Assembly: GCA_963599445.1 (NCBI GenBank)
Contig: CAVBWZ010000012.1
Span: 11,811 to 75,810 of the forward strand
Origin: Bacteroidaceae bacterium
Lineage (GTDB): Bacteria; Spirochaetota; Spirochaetia; Sphaerochaetales; Sphaerochaetaceae
DNA: 64,000 bases
Direction: 5' to 3'
Below, piece by piece: positions 58,425 through 64,000 of this stretch. The notes under the pieces are model-generated. The model was not told where the DNA came from and did not search any database. It was given only the letters and a program-made list of their open reading frames with translations. The translations under genes were made by a program, and so were the position numbers. The first letter of the stretch is position 1. Each line of letters opens with the position of its first letter.

Positions 58425-59900
58425 ATGGTGAAAACAATGATCGACCGCTGGATTGCGGAGGCGACCGAGTGTGATTTCAAGGTTGCCTTGGAGGTGAAAA
58501 AGCCGAAAAGCTGGCTCAAAAGTGTCAGTGCCTTTGCAAACGGCATTGGTGGAACGTTGTTTTTTGGTGTTGACAATGATAGGAATATTGTCGGTCTATC
58601 TGATGTGCAGAATGATGCTGAAACGATTAGTCGATTGATCAAAGAGCGGATTACACCTTATCCCGATTTTATTCTCAAACCAGAACGTAAGGACTGCGAG
58701 GATGTTCTTGTGTTGTCTGTGTCTGCAGGGCGCTCCACGCCATATTACTACAAGGCAGACGGTATTATGGAGGCCTATATACGTATCGGCAATGAAAGCG
58801 TGATTGCTCCGTCCTATGTCCTGAATCAACTCATTCTGAAAGGAATGCACCGTTCCTACGACGAATTGGTTTCCGAGTATTATTTCAATGATTACTCTTT
58901 TTCTAAATTACGTGAGCGCTATAAGGCTTGGACTGGTAATGGCATGGAGGAAAAGCTGTTCGATTCCTTTTGTATGCGGAACGAAAACGGCAAGTTGACC
59001 AATGCTGGTGCTCTGCTTGCAGATGATTCTCCCATCAGGCATTCCCGCCTGTTCTGTACGCGTTGGAATGGAATTGATAAAAGCGGTGGCGTAGTAGATG
59101 CACTTGACAGTGCAGAATACTCCGGCAGTCTGATTATTCTACTCAATGAAGGTGTCAGCTTTGTCAGGCGGAATATGAAGACACTTTGGAAGAAAACCAC
59201 TGATTCCCGCATTGAGATGCCTGACTACTGTGAGCGAAGCGTCTTTGAAGCTCTTGTGAATGCGCTGATTCATAGGGATTACCTGATTCTTGGCAGTGAG
59301 GTTCACATTGACATCTACGATGACCGCCTTACAATCTGTTCTCCTGGCGGTATGGCAGATGGTACCAGGATACAGGAACGAAATCTGCTCAGCATTTCCT
59401 CTACGCGTCGCAATCCCGTTTTGGCGGATATTTTTGGGCGATTGGGCTATATGGAGCGGCAAGGCAGTGGCTTTAGGAAAATCATGGAAACGTACCATGC
59501 TGCACACAATTATCATGACGAATTGGAGCCCCAATTCTATTCTGATGCTAGCTTCTTTCAAGTTACGTTGTATAACTTGAATTACGGGCAGGCAATCGAG
59601 AAAACAGGCCTTCAAGACGAAAAACAGGCCTTCGAAAATGAAAAAACAGGCCTTCAAGACGAAAAACAGGCCTTCGAGAACCTGCTGATGGGGCTTGAGA
59701 GCAGTACACCGACCAGGGAAAACATTCTGAAACTGTTCTTGCATTTCGGTTTCGGCAATGCTTTTGCAAGGGCCGATGTTATGAAGGTTACAGGAATAAC
59801 GGCTACCCCTGCAACGGAGCTTATGCGAAAGATGAAGGACGCAAAGTTGATCGAGAACGGAATGGGTCGAGGGAAATATGTTTTTACAGAACCTAAATGA
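58425..59900 (+). CDS. AlbA_2/Schlafen-like DNA-binding domain + HATPase_c_4 + wHTH protein ('RecG-like' putative transcriptional regulator)
   Basis: ECDFKVALEVKK...SAFANGIGGTLFFGVDNDRNIVGL (AlbA_2) and LVNALIHRDY...SPGG (ATPase-like). Start is 58425 or 58437. Codon usage is unlike the backbone. Confidence 0.7.
   Translation: MVKTMIDRWIAEATECDFKVALEVKKPKSWLKSVSAFANGIGGTLFFGVDNDRNIVGLSDVQNDAETISRLIKERITPYPDFILKPERKDCEDVLVLSVSAGRSTPYYYKADGIMEAYIRIGNESVIAPSYVLNQLILKGMHRSYDELVSEYYFNDYSFSKLRERYKAWTGNGMEEKLFDSFCMRNENGKLTNAGALLADDSPIRHSRLFCTRWNGIDKSGGVVDALDSAEYSGSLIILLNEGVSFVRRNMKTLWKKTTDSRIEMPDYCERSVFEALVNALIHRDYLILGSEVHIDIYDDRLTICSPGGMADGTRIQERNLLSISSTRRNPVLADIFGRLGYMERQGSGFRKIMETYHAAHNYHDELEPQFYSDASFFQVTLYNLNYGQAIEKTGLQDEKQAFENEKTGLQDEKQAFENLLMGLESSTPTRENILKLFLHFGFGNAFARADVMKVTGITATPATELMRKMKDAKLIENGMGRGKYVFTEPK
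59598..59681 (+). repeat. in-frame 2 x 42 bp tandem duplication (each itself 2 x 21 bp)
   Basis: GAGAAAACAGGCCTTCAAGACGAAAAACAGGCCTTCGAAAAT then GAAAAAACAGGCCTTCAAGACGAAAAACAGGCCTTCGAGAAC, encoding EKTGLQDEKQAFEN twice. Confidence 0.9.
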
Positions 59901-60098
59901 TAAAGTGTTAAGGTTAGCTTTTTAACGAAAGGTTGAGCTTGAAGGGGAAGAGTGGTAGAATTGCAGGCATCAAACCTGTTTGGATTCGAGGGGATATGGA
60001 AAGGGTATCCTTTAGTTGCTCAACATTGTCTCTTTTGCTCTGCAATACGCTTAAAAAAGCCGCAGAAGACGATGATTTCGCAATCTCCTTGAAATCCT

Positions 60099-60111
60099 CC
60101 CCCCCCCCCCC
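60099..60111. repeat. poly-C tract (13 C) upstream of the surface-protein gene
   Basis: Uninterrupted C13, ending 106 nt upstream of ATG 60218. Confidence 0.95.
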
Positions 60112-60217
60112 GAAGTCGGGTATGCGCTTGTCGCTTAACCAGCTTAACTGAATCAAACGCAAGTAAATACAAACATATCCATATAGCCTCAATGTACACA
60201 CCAAAGGAGATGTCGCT

Positions 60218-61519
60218 ATGACCAAAGGAAGATCTTTTGTCATTTCAATCGTTCTCTTTGCAATCCTTGCGTTGTCTGCATCATGCAACCAGGATGTAAA
60301 GGAACCGGAGAAGACCAAGGGTTACGGAACGCTGTCTGTGTCTGTTGAGAGGCCAAAGGGTGTTGCGGACTGCAATGTCTACGTAAAGTCCTCGACTACG
60401 GCATATTCAAATGCACTCCAGACCTCTGGAGAACTTTACAAGGTGGAGAACCTTGAAGAAGGTGATTATGTCGTGTACGCAGAAGGCCTCGATGCAAATG
60501 GCAATGCGATACTGAAATCTTATGAGACGAGGGTTCTAATTGGAAACAATCTGACCACATCTGTAACACTGGGCCTTGACCTATATGTTGAGGGCACTGG
60601 AATGCTCAGTCTTACAGTAGGAGTTCCTACAGATAATGGATATGTCGATGGAATACTTCTCAGGCTCACAGATACCTCCGATACGACCTTTGAGTATGCA
60701 TTGGGGAATCCGTCCACTTCAATGGACGGGCTTTGTCTCATGTATTCTACAGAGCTCCAATTGAATGCAGGGAAATATGTCTTGTCTGTTGGCGCATTCC
60801 ATGTAAACGGTGATGGCAGTCGTGAACAGTTGGGTGCAAATCATGTAGAACAGCTTGAAGTCTTCAGAAACCATTCCTATTCGTTCTCCCTTTCATGGGA
60901 TGATGGATTCTCGCAAGCTGTAGAAAACCCAACCATCTATCCTGCAGGAGGTCTTTGCAAGGAAGGGACGCTTGTAAGAATCGAGACTTCCAATCCAAGA
61001 GCTTCAATATACTACACAACCGATGGAACAGAACCTTCCACAAGTTCGAACAGATACGTCAATCCAATCATCATAGACAAGTGTATGACAATCAAGACAA
61101 TCGCCGTCATAGAAGGACTTGGTTCCTCGGCTGTGGTTGAAGAGAGCTACAGGGTCAAGGTCGAAGACCCAGTCTTAAGCATAAAGGACAAGTCTATAGT
61201 GGACTACGATGCACTTTCAATAAGTACGACTACAAGCGATGCCACAATCGTCTACACCGTGGACGATACGGAACCTTCGCTCTCCAACGGAACTGTATAT
61301 GACGGCCCAATCTCGATTGAAAGGACTTTGACTGTCAAGGTAAGAGCCTTCAAAGACGGACTTGAACCTTCAAATGTGGTTTCAGCCCAGTATTATGATG
61401 GAAACACACCTTCCGCCGACAGATACTTCTCAATTGATGCGAACGGAGCCATATCCGTGAACAAGGATCTCAAGGAGAGGTTGCCTAGTGTTGTGATAAT
61501 CCCTTCAAGGCTAAATTGA
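60218..61519 (+). CDS. surface lipoprotein with chitobiase/hexosaminidase C-terminal-type (Fn3-associated) repeats; N-terminal part of an interrupted larger gene
   Basis: Lipobox LALSASC. Two IYYTTDGTEPS / IVYTVDDTEPS modules. AAAGGAGA RBS. Ends at TGA 61517-61519, in frame with the next ORF. Confidence 0.7.
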   Translation: MTKGRSFVISIVLFAILALSASCNQDVKEPEKTKGYGTLSVSVERPKGVADCNVYVKSSTTAYSNALQTSGELYKVENLEEGDYVVYAEGLDANGNAILKSYETRVLIGNNLTTSVTLGLDLYVEGTGMLSLTVGVPTDNGYVDGILLRLTDTSDTTFEYALGNPSTSMDGLCLMYSTELQLNAGKYVLSVGAFHVNGDGSREQLGANHVEQLEVFRNHSYSFSLSWDDGFSQAVENPTIYPAGGLCKEGTLVRIETSNPRASIYYTTDGTEPSTSSNRYVNPIIIDKCMTIKTIAVIEGLGSSAVVEESYRVKVEDPVLSIKDKSIVDYDALSISTTTSDATIVYTVDDTEPSLSNGTVYDGPISIERTLTVKVRAFKDGLEPSNVVSAQYYDGNTPSADRYFSIDANGAISVNKDLKERLPSVVIIPSRLN

Positions 61520-61525
61520 ATCGAT

Positions 61526-64000
61526 GTGGTTGAGATTGCAACCAACGGGTTTGCAAACCATTGGGAGATAGAGAACATAGCCATTCCTGCATCGGTAAGG
61601 AAGATAAGTGCAAGAGCCTTCAAAGGTTGTACAGGAATAGAGAGCATAGAACTCAGTGAATACATAACGTACATAGATAAGGATGCTTTCTCCGGTTGGA
61701 CGTCCAATCAGAGGATAAACGATGAATCCGGTCTCATAAACAAGGCATACTCCCTTGGTGACTGCAATGCAAGGATATACACGACTGTGAGGAATGATAC
61801 GCAGGTGGTGTCCGGCTATACAGGGATGAAGAACCTCTATGGCATAAAGCTGACTGGTGATATAACAGCCATAGCCGCCAATGCATTCTCAGGTTGCGTG
61901 AACCTTGAGGAGTTCGAGCTTCCTTCGTACGTCACTTCGATAGGTTCCCTTGCCTTCAACGACTGCACGAAGATAGAGTCCATTACTTTGCCAAAGACCC
62001 TTTCTACATTGGCTCTTGATGCCTTCACAGGCTGGACGAACGAACAGAGCATAATCGACAACAGCTGCATTGCCTTCAGTGAAAGGTTTGTTGGGTCGGA
62101 TGCCAAAGTTTACACCAGAATGCCTTCCAAGAAGACGAACAACGAACCTATTACGGAGATTCCTTCAAATATGTGCGCTGGTCGAAGCGACCTCTATGGA
62201 CTTTGGCTTCCAAGTACTATAGAGACCATTGGCGACTATGCATTCGAAGGGACGAACATAGAGGAAATAGAGATTCCGTCATCAGTGAAATCCCTTGGTC
62301 TTGAATTGTTCAGAGGTTGGAATGACTCCCAGAGAGTCTCTCTCGTCTACAACGGCTATGAAGCAAGTGTCTCCGATGATGGTCTTCAGACTCCATTTAC
62401 AAGTTCAGATGCCATGTTCGAAGTCTCGATTGCAAAAGGTGTCACAGAGATAAAGGACGATGCATTCAACGGAATGGCAAGCCTCAGTGAGATTGAAATA
62501 CCAAATTCCGTGAAGAAGATAGGGAACAGGGCCTTTGCATGGACTTCCCCTCGGTCTGTCTCTATGGGATCCAACGTCATTTCAATTGGAGACGAAAGTT
62601 TCATTGGATGTGACTTGCTTGAAGAAGTGGGTTTTGGTTCCAGATTGGGGAGCATTGGAGAAAAGGCATTCCTTGGATGTGATTCTTTGGCGGAGGTCAA
62701 GCTTCCTGATTCAGTGTACCACATAGGCGATATGGCTTTTGCCTATTGTTCTAGTCTGGAGAAGGTTGACTTGGGAACTAGCGTTTCCAACATACCTTCC
62801 AAAGCGTTCCATTGTAGCGACAGGCTTTCCTCCATAACGGCTCCAAGCTGTATGGGAAGCATGGCTGTGACAGTCAAGGTCCCTCTGAACCAGCTTATAG
62901 TTCACGACATCGATGTCTTGGTTCATCCAACCTATGCAAGTATAGATGGGTTCTCTACGAGTTTTGCAAGAAATGAGCAGAAGATTGATGGTGACTTTAG
63001 GGTGTTTTCCTACGAGATTCCAAGTATGCTGGGTTTGGATTATACGGTCGATGTAGAGCTCAATGATTTCAATGGAGAGAATGCCGGCTCCCAGTCTAAG
63101 ACCGTGGCGGTTGAAAACGAAAAGAAAAGCTCGGTATTGGTGGATTTCTTCTTGGGAGATTTGGTCAGCCGCACATTGTCGAACACAAAGATGACTCCAT
63201 CGAGCGGAATAATCCTCGATGGAGAAGCTATAGAGATCGAGAACGAAGAGGCGGATGCAATCTACTACACATTGGACGGAAGCGATCCATCTCCGGAGAA
63301 GGGGATTGGAACTCTCTATGCAGAACCAATCGTCCTCCATTCGCTTGAGACCATCAAAGCCATAGCTGTAAAGGAGGGCTATGCACACTCGGCGGTTGCT
63401 AGGACGACTTTCAGCAACATGAAGACGCTTCCGCCTGAACTGCTGCTCGATTCCTCCGTCACATATCCGTCCACGCAGTATGTGGAGATCAAGCCCGTCA
63501 CGGAAGGCTCTTCGATAATCTATACACTGGATGGAACGAATCCTTCGGATGCAGGTCTTGAATACACTGGTTCAATAGAGATAGGAGAGACAACCACACT
63601 TAGGGCCGTTGCATGGAAGAAAGGTTTCCTCCCTTCTGACGAGGTGAGTGCGGAATATGTGATATCCATCCCAAGCCATGAAGTGGAGACTCCAATTATA
63701 CGCAGCCTTTCGATAGAAAGGAACGTGGAGGATGGGAACGTAAGCTTCGAAGCCGTCCTAAGCCCTTCATCTGACAATGTCACCTACGAATGGTATCTTG
63801 ACGGAGAAAAGGTATGTACAGATAAGGTCTATGCATTCCCCAACGACACCGAGTTGGGCTGGCACATAATCGAGGCGAAGGCCAAGGTTGATGGCCGTTC
63901 GTACTCCAGCGAGCTTATGTACGAACACAGGGGCTGGTATCGCATGGAGTTCTATGAGAAGTGGTCCAAGGACCCGTCCTACCACAACCCCGACCCAACC
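61526..64000 (+). CDS. BspA-type leucine-rich-repeat surface protein with further chitobiase-C-type modules (partial; runs off the window)
   Basis: I translated it by hand: the frame is open from 61520 to 64000, 827 codons with no stop. It is absent from the ORF track, probably because it has no terminating stop. Repeats of I.IP.SV..IG..AF.GC; also IYYTLDGSDPS and IIYTLDGTNPS modules. Confidence 0.75.
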   Translation, partial: MVEIATNGFANHWEIENIAIPASVRKISARAFKGCTGIESIELSEYITYIDKDAFSGWTSNQRINDESGLINKAYSLGDCNARIYTTVRNDTQVVSGYTGMKNLYGIKLTGDITAIAANAFSGCVNLEEFELPSYVTSIGSLAFNDCTKIESITLPKTLSTLALDAFTGWTNEQSIIDNSCIAFSERFVGSDAKVYTRMPSKKTNNEPITEIPSNMCAGRSDLYGLWLPSTIETIGDYAFEGTNIEEIEIPSSVKSLGLELFRGWNDSQRVSLVYNGYEASVSDDGLQTPFTSSDAMFEVSIAKGVTEIKDDAFNGMASLSEIEIPNSVKKIGNRAFAWTSPRSVSMGSNVISIGDESFIGCDLLEEVGFGSRLGSIGEKAFLGCDSLAEVKLPDSVYHIGDMAFAYCSSLEKVDLGTSVSNIPSKAFHCSDRLSSITAPSCMGSMAVTVKVPLNQLIVHDIDVLVHPTYASIDGFSTSFARNEQKIDGDFRVFSYEIPSMLGLDYTVDVELNDFNGENAGSQSKTVAVENEKKSSVLVDFFLGDLVSRTLSNTKMTPSSGIILDGEAIEIENEEADAIYYTLDGSDPSPEKGIGTLYAEPIVLHSLETIKAIAVKEGYAHSAVARTTFSNMKTLPPELLLDSSVTYPSTQYVEIKPVTEGSSIIYTLDGTNPSDAGLEYTGSIEIGETTTLRAVAWKKGFLPSDEVSAEYVISIPSHEVETPIIRSLSIERNVEDGNVSFEAVLSPSSDNVTYEWYLDGEKVCTDKVYAFPNDTELGWHIIEAKAKVDGRSYSSELMYEHRGWYRMEFYEKWSKDPSYHNPDPT

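Noticed and set aside
59914-60318. Minus-strand 134-aa ORF as the missing N-terminal half of the Rpn nuclease
   Set aside because: There is only a vague DFKEI...FLSVLQ resemblance to the Rpn N-terminus. The ORF reads through the poly-C tract (as GGGG) and overlaps the lipoprotein start. This is not supportable.
61393-63985. Minus-strand ORFs 61393-61707, 61837-62106, 62386-62724, 62711-63388, 63520-63783 and 63767-63985
   Set aside because: All are antisense to one uninterrupted plus-strand frame (61520-64000) that has clear LRR and chitobiase-C-type repeats.
1-64000. CRISPR arrays, rRNA, tRNA, tmRNA, RNase P and SRP RNA
   Set aside because: There are no regularly spaced identical repeats of 25-40 bp and I saw no conserved cores of these RNAs. 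The absence of small RNAs cannot be proven by eye.

Overview
This 64 kb window is chromosomal DNA with a housekeeping backbone. The backbone genes are gcvT, pta, rsmA, mtaB, birA, argS, rplU-rpmA-obg-nadD-yqeK-rsfS, copA and pdxK. Backbone genes favour CTT, AAG, AGG and ATA codons. BspA-type LRR surface proteins and homopolymer tracts suggest a host-associated spirochaete (Treponema-like), but this is inference only. I found no rRNA, tRNA or CRISPR.

Several accessory segments interrupt the backbone:
- **ECF/DUF62 locus (50.3-57.8 kb).** A dedicated ECF transporter (S, duplicated A, T) runs directly into five paralogs of the DUF62 SAM-hydrolase/halogenase family. Three look catalytically intact, one is degenerate and one is N-domain only. 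This is the most unusual locus in the window.
- **Firmicutes-like island (about 8.3 kb).** It carries TetR-MATE, TetR, a KTR protein, a serine hydrolase, a GNAT and a MacB/FtsX ABC pair. Two same-orientation copies of a roughly 400 bp element with terminal inverted repeats bracket it.
- **The repeat element family.** There are four copies in the window. One copy has an 8 bp target-site duplication.
- **Foreign AlbA_2/Schlafen-type gene.** It abuts a truncated Rpn-family nuclease gene.
- **Large surface protein gene.** It encodes a lipoprotein with LRR repeats, is preceded by a C13 tract, and is split by a single in-frame TGA inside an LRR unit.
- **vapBC module** next to an orphan gene.

All coordinates and motifs were read by eye from the sequence and the ORF track. 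No database searches were run.
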